Notes under the pieces: generated by a model
Databases searched by the model: none
What the model was told of the DNA's origin: nothing
What the model saw: only the letters and a program-made list of their open reading frames with translations
Translations under genes and position numbers: made by a program
Part shown: piece by piece, positions 40,955 through 53,603 of the stretch
Layout: the number at the start of each line of letters is the position of its first letter
Numbering within the stretch: position 1 is the first letter of the stretch
Assembly: GCF_006345805.1 (NCBI RefSeq)
Contig: NC_042998.1
Coordinates: 81,034,001 to 81,098,000, forward strand
DNA length: 64,000 bases
Origin: Octopus sinensis
Lineage: Eukaryota
Reading direction: 5' to 3'

Positions 40955-41291
40955 CAGGGCACTTGCTTTCTTTACAATGTATGCACTCAGATGTCTTTGC
41001 ACCAATGGCAACTCTAGTGTCATCTGCTTAATGAACTGATGGTTCATAATTAAAAGCTGCTTCATAAAATTTGCTTCTCTGAGCTGTTGCAACTACAGTT
41101 GAGATCTTATTCTTTGTCAGCCGGGCATACCTCTCTTCATCATTTTGTGATACTCTAGCTTTTGTAGTGCACAATCTGTTCCTTTCTTGGTACGCTTCCC
41201 TTTCTGCTCATGTCGCTTTTCCCCTGCACAGAGGCATCATTTTGGCCGACCTTGACATTGTAGACAAATTTGACACTTTCCTTCTAGGCAT
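40955..41291 (-). pseudogene. Helitron Rep/helicase N-terminal remnant
   Basis: MPRRKVSNL...ER...RL...AAFNYEPS.H*...VAIG...ECIHCK with two in-frame stops; resembles the N-terminus of animal Helitron proteins. Confidence 0.65.
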
Positions 41292-43098
41292 GATTATATA
41301 CGTATACAGAAATACACGGGCGCAGAAGATAGTAAACAATGAAAATAACTGGGTAGCGAAAATAATATATTTCCTAATACGACGGGCAGTAAGTCAATAA
41401 GAAATGTTTACAGAAAATAAAGAATTGTATGGGTTAAAGCGAAATTTGTCAGTGAACCAAAGAGCCAGTTTCGAAGGAACCAGATACAGAGATTTAGAGA
41501 GATAGAGATAGACAGAGAGAGATATGGATGGAGAGATATAGATAGACAGAGAGAGATATGGATGGAGAGATATAGATAGAGATATATAGACGTTGCTGGC
41601 GCTAGAAAAGCTGAAGTAAATATTTTGAAAAACTTTCAAAGACGTGAATCTAATATATAAAGTAATATTTAATTTTTTATGACCAATGGATGTAAGGGAG
41701 ATACTCAGTTTCTGGAAGTTACTTCGAGTGGAGTTACCTCCCATATCCTTGTATCCCAAGAACGGGTGTTTTCTATCCCCAGGCGGCCGGTTATTCACTA
41801 TGTGGAAAAATTTAAGAGTCTAAATCCATCCCTGGAATATAAATAATGTATGTTCCCTGGGTTAAGGCGATTACATTGACCCCAGTGCTCAATTGCTAGT
41901 TATTTTATCGATCCCGTTGAGATGAACAGAAATGTCGACCTCGGTGGAATTTGAACACAAGACGTAAAGATCGATGAAATACTGAACGGTACAAATTGAA
42001 TATATTAAGATACAATTTTTAATTCTGTATGTCAACGATATATAATTTACTTTTTAGCACTCAAATGTCAATAGAATAACTACCAGTAATAAGCTGATAT
42101 AATTTTAAGGAATAGCACCATTCCATTACCAAAAGTATCTGTAACCGATGTAATCAATCGATTTCATCAAAAATCGAAAATACCGCCGAGAAAGCTATAA
42201 GCTTTAGGAGAACAGAATATATAATACAGTTTTGCTTCCTACTTGAAAGTCATTTCACTCCACTTATATCATCCATTGAAGGACATGTCCAAAATTCGGT
42301 TTCCATTATCTCTTGAAACATTTCCTCTTCACTTTAGTTGCTAATGACTTTAGCAAAGAATTGAATCTGACAAAATCCACTTCATACTCAGAAATAACGC
42401 CTTTTAGATTTGTCAAACTCAAAACAATGTTATTACTATTACATAACCTTTTATCATTGATATAAAAATTAAGAATGGTTTAGATCGAAAACTTTTCTGA
42501 CTGGCGCAAAAGAGAAATGCAATTGATGACATCCTGGTAATGTAGGATATTTAATGAGGAGAAACAATTGATGTTTGAAAGTAGGAGATACTTTAACCTA
42601 TTGGATTATAGAAGCAGTATTAGAGATCTGTTGTTCCTGTAGTGATTCAAGGGATTATAATCTCTGTTGTTCTCCAGGTATACAAGAGATCAATTGAATG
42701 CAGTCTTTGAAAGGTAAGCGATCAGGTAAACAACGCAATTATATCACTTGAGAACATGACAATCTCCAACCCCTTGGCGCAATTTCTGAAACCTTATCGA
42801 ATTGACCAGTCACATACATGAAATTCGATAATAAGGAAAAAAGCATTTGAAGAATGGATTTTATTCAAGGGCAAATTGGAAGAAGAAAATTCATGGTAAC
42901 TATGGTATTTCGAAGTTGAGATCAGTCACAAGTGAAAGTGTAACATTAGAAGTATTTAAGATGAAAAGATTTTAGTCAAACAAAACTGATTTCAACTGGC
43001 GAAGTTTTGAATTTGCTAGACCTGGAGAAACACAGAATGAAATTAATAACAATTCTCTCTAACTGTATAAAATTAAAATGTAAAACCATTTTACATAC

Positions 43099-43282
43099 CA
43101 GAAGTTATTCCGACCTTTTCCTTTTAATGTTCCTCCTGCTGCAAAAAGTGATTTTTCTGATAACAATGTACAGGAAATCCAAACACGAGGTGACGGCAAT
43201 CGACTTCCTGCTTTCCATACATCAGTTTGTGTATTATAGATTTCAAAACAATCCGTTGGGCAACCACCAGTTTTTTCTCCAC
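43099..43282 (-). CDS. Kelch-repeat protein, internal exon A (184 nt, phase 1 to 2)
   Basis: Manual translation (G)GEKTGGCPTDCFEIYNTQTDVWKAGSRLPSPRVWISCTLLSEKSLFAAGGTLKGKGRNNF(W) fits the Kelch pattern GG...Y...W...LP.PR...LF..GG. Acceptor tacgcag|GT, donor TG|gtatgt. This frame is not in the ORF track. Confidence 0.9.
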
Positions 43283-46095
43283 CTGCGTATATATTAGTAG
43301 ATTTCTTTTTAAATATATTTGTGTGTTAATACAGGAGACTTTCAACTGTTTTACAGTTTATTAAACGCTTTGGTTTGGAATCAGTTTGGAAGAAATTCAT
43401 ATGGATTTTTAATGAAGGAAGCAGTAACAGCATAAGTACCAAATTTCATGCATAACAATAGCAAGCGTAATATATAGTTCAAAACGATAAACCACAAGAA
43501 GAAACATTCGTTCATGTTTTCCCCTATTCTTAAGCACTTATATTTAGTTTGTAAATGAAGCACATTTGTATTCATGAATAACTAACCGTTATTACTTTCA
43601 TCCCCCACTAAAAAAGAAAAAATACATGAATTCGTTAGGAGGAATAATCAATTTAATCGATCCTAGAACCGTTTAATAATATAGTAACGGTGATAATATA
43701 ATATAGTAACGGTGAATATAAAACTCACCAAGGAAATGGAAATAGGACAATGCAATGCACTATGCTACAGACACAAACAACTTCTTTGGAAAAGTGAGTT
43801 TTCTGATAAATATAGTGTAGACACAATCGACTTGAGTTAAACCCTTGTGTCTGCCAGAGAAATCATTATGGCGTTTGGCACTTTCTTATAACCTGTTTGT
43901 AAACATTTTATTTGTATCGCGTTGTTTTGCTGGTTAGTACCAGGAAATTCCTGATCGAAACAAGCTGATAATCAAAGGGACGCCAGCGGTGACCATCCGT
44001 CTTGCATTTTTGCATATCTATAATCACCGTGTAATATTTTCTTTCGTCTTTAAGACACCAAGGCTTCATCTGAGGGTCATTTGGCTGCTAGCTTTCACAG
44101 GCTGGGCAAACAAATAACAGGCTACCTCTTTGGTAGATAAATTGTAGTATTAATTGGTAGTGCTCTGGCTGTTTAATTAGATATCGTAAATACAATCGTG
44201 ATGTTGATGCTTCTATAGAATGTCTTGAAATTTCATTCACAATAAATAAATAGATAAAATAAAATACAATATGAATTAACTCTGTTCTTATAAATAAATT
44301 AAACTAGTGTTTTAGGAGCATGACGGGCAAGATATAGTCTGTTTCTTCAGTTACTGACAGAAATTTAAACCTATGTGATAGCGTTTCTTGATAACAATGG
44401 TTTTATGTGTGGTGAATTCTGTCGAACAAGTGCTTATTGTTGTTCTTCATCTGCAATGTGAAATGAAATACCTTGCTCAAGAACAAAATACGCCGTTTGG
44501 TCCAAGAATCGAATCCATTACCTTAGAGTCGTGAGGTGAATTGCATCCGAATTACCGGGAACAAATAGCAGCAGTTACACCATCAATATGTATTAGAAAA
44601 GTATGAACACGATACAAATCCCTTTTTCCTTTCCCAAAACGTCATATTCTTCTTTCTAAATCAGAATTCAAGTTAAATTATATTTCGTCGTGTGAAAGAT
44701 AAAGAAATCTGTTTCAGAGGACGAAGGAATATAAATGATTTTATCTTGCGTTCTGAGCTTGATACTTCTTTCAGAGTAATGAACGAATAATGTATTTCAA
44801 GCCAACAGCTCATCTACATATAGTCAAAATTTTATCTATGTCTTTCTCCATATGAATTCATAGTAAATGGATTCGTTAAGTTTAATTAGTTTAATTGATT
44901 AATAGTAATTGATAACTCTATTATAGTAGACCAGTACATTGCTGGTACTCTTTTATCGATACAGAAATAATGAAAAACAATTATTTACAAAACTAATCTT
45001 AAAGGAATATATCCGAACATCGCTACGATTAATCTGGCATCGCAACTCTCTTATATTAAGAAGTGACTACTAATATAAAAGCAACAAAACATATTTGAAA
45101 GAATGTAGGACGATACAGTAAATTAGTGCCGCCTGGTAACTAGCAGGTACTTATTATATCGACTCCGGATGCAAAGGATGAAAAACAATAGTTATTTTCT
45201 CAGGAAATTAACTTAAAATGTATAGAGACGTAATTAACTGAAACTTTACAAAGGATCCAGGTATATGAAGTTAGTAAGCATCGAGCAGTCCGAAGAAGGT
45301 ATGAAAAAGCAACTTTCAGGAACAATTGTGTTTTATTGACGTAGAAAGTTATAATTTTTTCGATAAGCTGAAAAAAGTTATTTTAGAGTTCAGGATTAAC
45401 TATTGGTGTTGCTGTGTATGCGAATAAAAATCCCAGTTTAGAGAATGGAGTAGGTAAAATCCAGGCTATATGTGTTTCCTAGCAAGCAAAACTTCCAAAG
45501 TAATAATTACTCAACGAGGGGTACTCCACTAGCTACTTATGAGGCTGAAGATACCTTAGTTAGATGACGGTTACATTCTTGTCAAGAGATCCCATGTTAA
45601 CTCATAGCACAGAGGGAGAACAAAGAGGAAGGCATATGTGCGAACAAAATATATGGTGGTTGGTAAATGTTTAAAGTTGTTAAGAATATGAAAAAAAATT
45701 AAAATAAGGAAAAGGAGAGGGGAAGATTTGGGAGAAAAATTGGTAACATTAAATATGGCTAGGGGAAGGTCTTTGTGAATTTAGGCTGTGGTTATTTACT
45801 ATGTTTACTGTAAAATGAATAAATAAATAATGTTTTGGCACTCTGTAAATTTCATTTAAGCAAAATCAAAAAAAATTTAGAGGGGCGAACGACAGGAGCA
45901 GGAGAAAAAGAGAAAATATAGCCGTGGTAGTAGTTAGAATTTGTTAGAAGAGAGGGAGAAGGAGAGGGAGGTAGGGGATAAGGTTTCTGGTTAATAGGGT
46001 AACATACTAGCTCTAGGTAAGATGGTAGTTAATCGCTTAACAGGAAGACTATACGTGTAAGACTATATATGTATACATACATACATGCATGTATG

Positions 46096-46173
<78 letters not shown>

Positions 46174-48109
46174 GCATACATACATACATACATACATACA
46201 TACATACATACTACATACATACATACGTACATACATACATACATGCATACATATATACATACATAAATTCACACACACACACATACACACTTATATGTAG
46301 TGAATACAGTGGCGTGAATATGTTCGACTAAACTGAATGAATGAAGAGTCTTTATCATGTTTGTTTCTTTACTGCAAAGTCATTCTAAAACTGATGAATT
46401 ATTCCTTATGTAACAGGAATTAGTAAATTGATTTTAAATGTGGTTTCTGTGATGTATTTTCACCAGAATCCTCTTATTTGATTCTATGAGTATAAAAGCT
46501 CTTTTAGACTTCATCACCATAAAAAGAAGAAAGATACTACTGAATTTAAAGTAACTAATTAAAGTGAAACTGTTTGAAATAGTTTTGTTTTTAAAGAAAA
46601 AAAAACAGTTTGGGAAAACGATTAAGTGTGACAAACTGAATTATTTAAATTATTTACATCTCATCCAGTATTTTTCAAGTTAAAATCTCAACTACTTCAT
46701 GATGCTGAATTAAGTACCTGACATACATGTCACTAATGAAGATACGGACCTTTGCTGCTGCAAACAATTTTATGATGACAATATATGCGTACACTGTTAT
46801 ACGGAATTGCAAGTGGAAGACAGTCTCTTTATGTCGTTTATGTCTGGTACAAATCCATCGTTAGGATTTATGGTGGGTGCAGGCTCTGTTTGAATTTCCG
46901 TGGCCACTTGAGGCAAATATTGTTTTCAGTAATGTAGATTTATTAATTTATCACATGGCTAATTTGAGGCTTAAATAAATTCATTTTGTAAATTTGTAGA
47001 TAGGAATAAGGAGGTCATATTGATTCAATAAAACTCAGAGTGTAGAGGGAGAAATTTTCTTTTTTCTGATTCAATGAAAAAGATGAAAACAATTCCGCTT
47101 TATGAACCAAACAAACTATTGAGCGCGTTAAAGTTGATGGCGACAGGAAGACGTATGACGATAGGAAGTATCAAAGGACAACAGATTTATGGGGAAAGTT
47201 TGAGCAAAGATCTACCGTGAGGTATAGGATGGAGTAAAAGTAGGGATGATGAGAGAAAGAGAAACAAATGAAAGATTATTTTGGGGTGTAAACTTGAATT
47301 CTTCTGTGCGTTTAGCAACTGGCGCAAAATATTTAAAACAACAGTACACAGAACCTACCATCTTTAGCACTTTAATTTTAAAGAAAATAAGAATTGGTAG
47401 AAACGATACGTAATTCTAATAGTTTAATGTGCTGTAAATGAAGCCAATAACATTCATCATAGCGGATGACATTCAATTCACGTAATATTGACAGAATTTC
47501 CAATATTTAGCAAATATATTCTGACATATGACATGTAAATACTTAAAGAACGTATATTAACAAGTGGTCGGAAAAATAAAAGAAATATTGTTCAATAATG
47601 GATGTATAGTTATTTTTCGTGATGCGATAAAGATTTGGATTATACTGTAGATAGGAAGTACGGAGTTTACAGCAGTGTGCGATTTGATCAGAATGAGTGA
47701 CAAAACAGGAAAGTGAAAAAAAAAAAAAAGAAAAGATTACAATAAGTGTATAAAATAGTGTTTGAATAGTTTCGATATTATTGTGTAGTGCAAGAGATGG
47801 AAAGCCTGTGTAGGACATTTGAGTTGAGATATAATTTGAAAGGATAGATGTTGTGAAAATTGAGGTAGGAGGTGTTGTACAGGGAAATCTGTTTGTTGGA
47901 GTGCTATATCAAGCTGATTGACAGATATTTGGCACTTACCGTAACTAGCCACCACCTACTTATGAACTTCATTTTTCACCTCTAAGATTTGTATGTGAGT
48001 AAATCTTTGTGATGCAACATTCCTATATAAGGATAAGTCCGTAAATGATTGAGTATGAATGTATGTATGAATTTTGTGTGTGATTATATTTCACATATAC
48101 AATGGATAG

Positions 48110-48945
48110 CTGCTAGGATCGCAAGCACGCTTGACAAATGTTTAGCGGCATTTGTCTATCTTTAAGTTCCAAGTTCAATTTCCACCAACGCAGACTTTGC
48201 CTTCTATTATTTCTAGGTTGATAAAATAAATACCAGCTGTGCACTGGGGTTGAGCTAATCGACTTATCCGCCCCCTAAATTGCTGGCATTTTGCCAGAAT
48301 TTGAAACTATTATTACTCTTAACGGATAAAGCGGTGAGTTGGCAGAAATATTAGCACGCCGGTCAAAATACTTAACGGCATTTCATTCTGAGCATAAAAT
48401 TGTGCAGAAGTCGACTTTGCCTGCCGCCCTTTCAGAGATCGATAAAATAAATAATAGACAAATTTTGAGTACGGTACAATCAATTTGTTCGCTCCACCTC
48501 AGTAATGCTGGTTTTGTGCCAAAATTAAAATGATTACTTTAAGGACAAAAATACTTTGAGGATATAAAGATCCTAGAAATGTACATGTGCTGACTGATAT
48601 TAAGTAGCAGAAGTCGATAAACGAATCCGGTAGTATAATCTCTATTTTTGTATTAAACAATCTCTATAGACTGATAAGGTGAACATTACAACACTTTAAA
48701 CGTTTCGTTGATAAGATTTAATTTATGGACCTGATTTAAGCTGTTGCTAGAAACATTAACGCGTAGTGCAAATTGCTTAGCGGCATTTCATCTTTCGTTT
48801 CAGTCTGAGTTCAAATTCTGCCGAAGTCAATACCTTGCCTTTCAGCCTTCTAGGATCTATAAAATAAAATACCAGTTGAACACCGTGGTCGACGTAACAG
48901 ACTTATCGCCTTGCCCCGAATTGCTGGCCTTGTGCCAAAGTTCAA
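48110..48945 (+). mobile_element. Cluster of three degraded Nin-like SINE monomers
   Basis: Heads and modules at ~48110, ~48330 and ~48745. Confidence 0.65.
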
Positions 48946-49647
48946 ATCAATTTATGCGTGTGATAAGTGGTGTTCGTGGTGGGGGCGATATATTTCCGGC
49001 GAAACCTAAAGGAATTTTAAGCATGTGCTACCAGCAAGCCATAAAATGTTTATCTGTTTTAAAATATATTACAAAATACCTTGAGAACAATTAAAAAGTC
49101 AGAGCATTTTCCAAGTAAATAAATAAATAAAAACAGCTTAAAAATTGCGTCTTCAAGATAGTGCCGATTACATACTGTTTCAGCTTGAAAATTCCAGTGA
49201 TAACTCAAGGGACATTTATAGTTAGAGCTTTTATAGAATCACTTAGCAAGATACAGTTCTTGCTTCAATGTAAATAAGAATATTAACGTGTTAGAAAAAA
49301 AATAATACTATTTTCGTATGGCATTATATCACTTATTTTATTTTCTACTAATTTATTTTAGTATCTTAAGACTTACTAGTTTATATTTATATTTAGTTAT
49401 TGATTTACTGTCATCAAGTGAGAAAATTTTTATCTATTTAAAAATGTAAAACTAAATATCTTGAAAATAATTCAAAAGTCAGAGCGTCTCTCAAGTAAAA
49501 TACAAAACAAAACTCAGGTGTGCATAAAATATTTATATGTCTCGCTAAATTTAGAATGCGATAAAGAATTACAATGATGTATGTATGTATGTATGTATGT
49601 ATGTATGTATGTATGTATGTATGTATGTATGTATGTATGTATGTATG

Positions 49648-49684
<37 letters not shown>

Positions 49685-49750
49685 ATCTATACATCTGTCT
49701 GTGTATGTGTGTATGCATGTTTGTGTGTATATATAATGTGTTCATCTATA

Positions 49751-49915
49751 GGCGCAGGAGTGGCTGCGTAGTAAGTAGCTTGCTAACCAACCACAATGTT
49801 CCGAGTTCAGTCCCACTGCGTGGTATCTTGGGCAAGTGTCTTCTGCTATAGCCCCGGGCCGACCAATGCCTTGTGAGTGGATTTGGTAGACGGAAACTGA
49901 AAGAAGCCTGTCGTA

Positions 49916-50005
<90 letters not shown>

Positions 50006-50225
50006 GGTGTTTGTGTGTCTGTGTTTGTTCCCCTAGCATTGCTTGGCAACCGATGCTGGTGTGTTTACATCTCCGTCACTTAGCGGTTCGGCAAAAAGAG
50101 ACCGATAGAATAAGTACTGGGCTTACAAAAAGAATAAGTCCCGGTGTCGAGTTGCTCGACTAAAGGCGGTGCTCCAGCATGGCCGCAGTCAAATGACTGA
50201 AACAAGTAAAAGAGTAAAAGAGAGA
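49751..50225 (+). mobile_element. Full-length CORE-like tRNA SINE with internal (TA)n/(TG)n
   Basis: Head ggcgcaggagtggctgcgtagtaag...gttcagtccc, CORE-like cttgggcaagtgtctt, tail (gtaaaaga)n. Confidence 0.9.
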
Positions 50226-51316
50226 GTATGCATTTATTTTTCACTCTCGTTCTCCATATATGTGTGTCTGTATATTTGTGTGTATCTATTTTTTGTCTCA
50301 CTAGTATGTTGTTATCCCCACGTTTTATAAGTCTAAAATCTTATTGTTTGACTGTCTTCTTTCTTAGTTTTATTTCCAACCTTCTGACGATCTCAAACGA
50401 AAGGTGTTGTGTGTTAAGAATACCGAAACTGCTTTCATTTTGAATCCTGCAGCTGACGAAATATGTTCCATATCATAATTTTCTGTTTACCGTTTCCCAT
50501 GTCGTATCACTTTATTTTTATTTACACACAAACATGCGCGCGCACACACACAGAATCAAATCTTTCGAATAATCGTAGGTTTGTTTATAGTTGAATACTT
50601 AATTAATTTGTTGTCATTCTACTGAAATAGGTAGTGGAGCCGAGTTTCGGCTCTACTAGTTGCTTTTGATTAGCATATACTTGAAACGCTGTGCTTTCAT
50701 TTTACTTTCGGTTTTTAAGCTACTTCATGAATAGATGTCATTTTTAAATACCGATAGCCCTGGTACAAACAATCTCTTCTTACGACATATGGGAAGCATG
50801 CATGAATGTGAGCGGTAGAAATAAAATGTACCTTTGTTAACTGCCACCACATCGCCTTTGGATATCTTACGTGGAGTTTATTCTATTTCAAGCATTTGGA
50901 CTACTAATCATATCTGAAAAAAATTTCCTCCATTAATTACGAAGACACGAAGTGTTGTATGTGCCGCCTTTCTTCTGATTATTTCAGACGAACTTTTATT
51001 CGACTTCTTCCCTCTCCACAAAATGAAAAATATTTGATTTATCAACATTTTATTTTAAATGTTAAATCAGTGCCCAACAAACTACGGCCCACACTCAATG
51101 CTCAAACGAAATTTCGGTAAAGCCCGTCACACGTTGAGCAGAAAAAAATTATGCTTGATTAAAAAATATATTGCTATCTATTAATTGCAATCATTACAAT
51201 ATTACCCCGAAACCTAAGTATAAATAAAATTACCAATTTTCCTTACATATTTTTGTATGAATGAATGCAATAAAGACTTGGGGAATCAATCTCGAGTAAT
51301 CATCTTCCTATATGAG

Positions 51317-51700
51317 GGAGTCAAATCCCTCATCTGCTGTGCGACTTATTGCAATATGGTCTCCAGCTTCAAACTTGCTGCATCAGCCACAGACCCGACC
51401 CAGGTATCGCCGCCCATAATACAGAAGAAAGGAAGATTGAACAAAATAAAACATCCCCCTGACCTGCTGCTATATGTTTGTGTTGGTCGTCATCAGGGCC
51501 CCAGATGTTCTCGGTCCCTGCATTGCAGATATACTCTGCAAAATCGGGATAATTTCAGCTTGTCTGAGAAATGAGCAGTGCGAGGTAGAATGGCTGCTGC
51601 AGCGAGTGTCGCTGGCCATTCTCCGCGGCAACACCTTTGCAATCATATCCGCGAGGCGCAATTAAACGTACCTTTTGGTCTGGGTTGTGCCACCAGTTAC
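51317..51700 (+). mobile_element. CRE-clade LINE 3' remnant (restriction-like endonuclease region)
   Basis: FV...VLGP...L..IG...WLLQRVSLAILRGNTFAI matches the QR.S.AI.RGN signature. Confidence 0.75.
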
Positions 51701-53326
51701 TCTGCCCTACCTAATCTTTTGCTGCTTAATCCCCCAAACCCCCTTTCTTTGTCTTTGTTTCTTTGGTGAGGTAGTTTTAGAGGTTTTCTCGATAATTTGA
51801 TGTTTTATATGTTTAATGCTTTTTTTCTTTCTTTTAATCCTATAAAGACATGTTGCTAAATAAAAATCTAAAACAAAGTCAGCAAATTGTAGTAGAAAGT
51901 GCATATGTAGGGAGGGAGAAAATATCAACGTTTCTTGAGAATAAAATTTCGTGATTCCAAAGGATTTCAAGCCTGGCATTTCCAATGAATTTAACATCCC
52001 ATTTAAGCTACTTAAAGATGCATAGCTGATACATGACACGTGGAAATATACACTAGCATTTTAAACAAAACTTAAACTAGGAACACCAACTAGCAAAATC
52101 AGATTACAATGATTTGACCTACACTCAGAGTAAACCAACCTACAGAAAACATAGTATTTGTTATTATGATATGTAATTGAAGAACAGACTTTTCCTTTTA
52201 TGTCACTGAAATATATTCCTATATAGACGATTTCAAATTAATTAGTACTTCTACTTATTAGGAAAAGGACATTGCACAATTAAATTTTGAAATGGATGAA
52301 GTTCAGTTAAGAAGTGTATTTCAACATGATTTCTACAAAACCTAGCTTGCTGAACTTGGCGTTTATATCAACCTGACAGATAGCCTTAAACATCTCTTGG
52401 TTGCCCGGTATCTTGTGTGAACAACTATTTTCAAAATGAACTGCACGAAAAGACAATTTTATGACCACGAATTACAGATTGCCATTTGGAAAACGTTGTC
52501 CTTTAGGATTCATCCAGTCCAGCATCTGCAATTAAATCTTGAAATCACAAAGCAAAAGCTCGTAACAAAATGCCACGAAATCTTTTGATTATCCGGTACT
52601 TTCGTCTATGAAGAATATTTTGGATCTGAGGTTAATAAAAACTGAAATGTATTATTTTCTGCAATAATTTGAGCAGATAGATCCAAAGCGACGAGAGCCG
52701 AATAAATAAAAGGCAACAAAATGAGAATGTAAGTTCTCTTATATTCAATAGTTTTAATAGAAGATGGGAGGACGGGAAAACATATGACACCGTCAATTCG
52801 TCTTGTTAGATATTTTCGTGTTTTTGATAAACTTGAAGGCTGTTATCTTTATTGTTACAAATTATTTGTCAGGATATCGGTATTCAAGTCTAGATTCTTG
52901 TCAGAAAGAAAGGAAGAAATTAACTATGTAAATGAAATAAAAAAGAGAATAAACACAGAGTAGTATCAGCAAAAGTAGGAAGTTGAAGGAAATGATAAGT
53001 GTAAGAATAAAAGTATATATAAGAGAGAGAGAGAGAGAATTAGGATTTAATAGGATTTAGGATAAATAGGAACGGGTGTGAAAATGTAAATGTAAAATCA
53101 ATGACAAAATGAATTTTCTCAATAAAATTTATCCCCACTAATCGTAGACAATCGTTGCCTAGGTTGAGTATAATATACGTCACAAATCTGAGGTAGCCGA
53201 CTGGGAATTGATATCTTGATTGGTGTACTATCACTTGGATTTAACTATTGCTTGTCGATCAAGTACGACGCTTGGAAACGCGTCTATCTCTATATTGTCA
53301 TACACTCGAATGTATGAATTTGTCAT

Positions 53327-53603
53327 ACCTCGGCGGAATTTGAACTCAGAACGTAAAGACAGACGAAATACCTATTTCTTTACTACCCACAAGGGGCTAA
53401 ACACAGAGAGGACAAACAAAGACATACAAACGGATTAAGTCGATTATATCGACCCCAGCGCATAGCTGGTACTTATTTTATCGACCCCGAAAGGATGAAA
53501 AGCAAAGTCGACCTCGGTGGAATTTGAACTCAGAACGTAGCGGCAGACGAAATACTGCTAAGCATTTCGCCCGGTGTGCTAACGATTCTGCCAGCTCACT
53601 GCC
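53327..53603 (-). mobile_element. 3'-truncated dimeric Nin-like SINE
   Basis: Homologous to 35485-35869. Confidence 0.85.

Noticed and set aside
43124-43345. ORF-track 73-aa ORF overlapping exon A
   Set aside because: Wrong frame; the Kelch reading frame is a different minus-strand frame bounded by splice sites.
47940-47982. Minus-strand MKFISRWWLVT followed by a gtaagt donor
   Set aside because: Phase 0, incompatible with Kelch exon A, and too short to distinguish from chance.
52370-52525. Possible exons (MLDWMNPKGQRFPNGN...) continuing the 54507 candidate
   Set aside because: Weak donor, an implausibly short next intron and a phase conflict.
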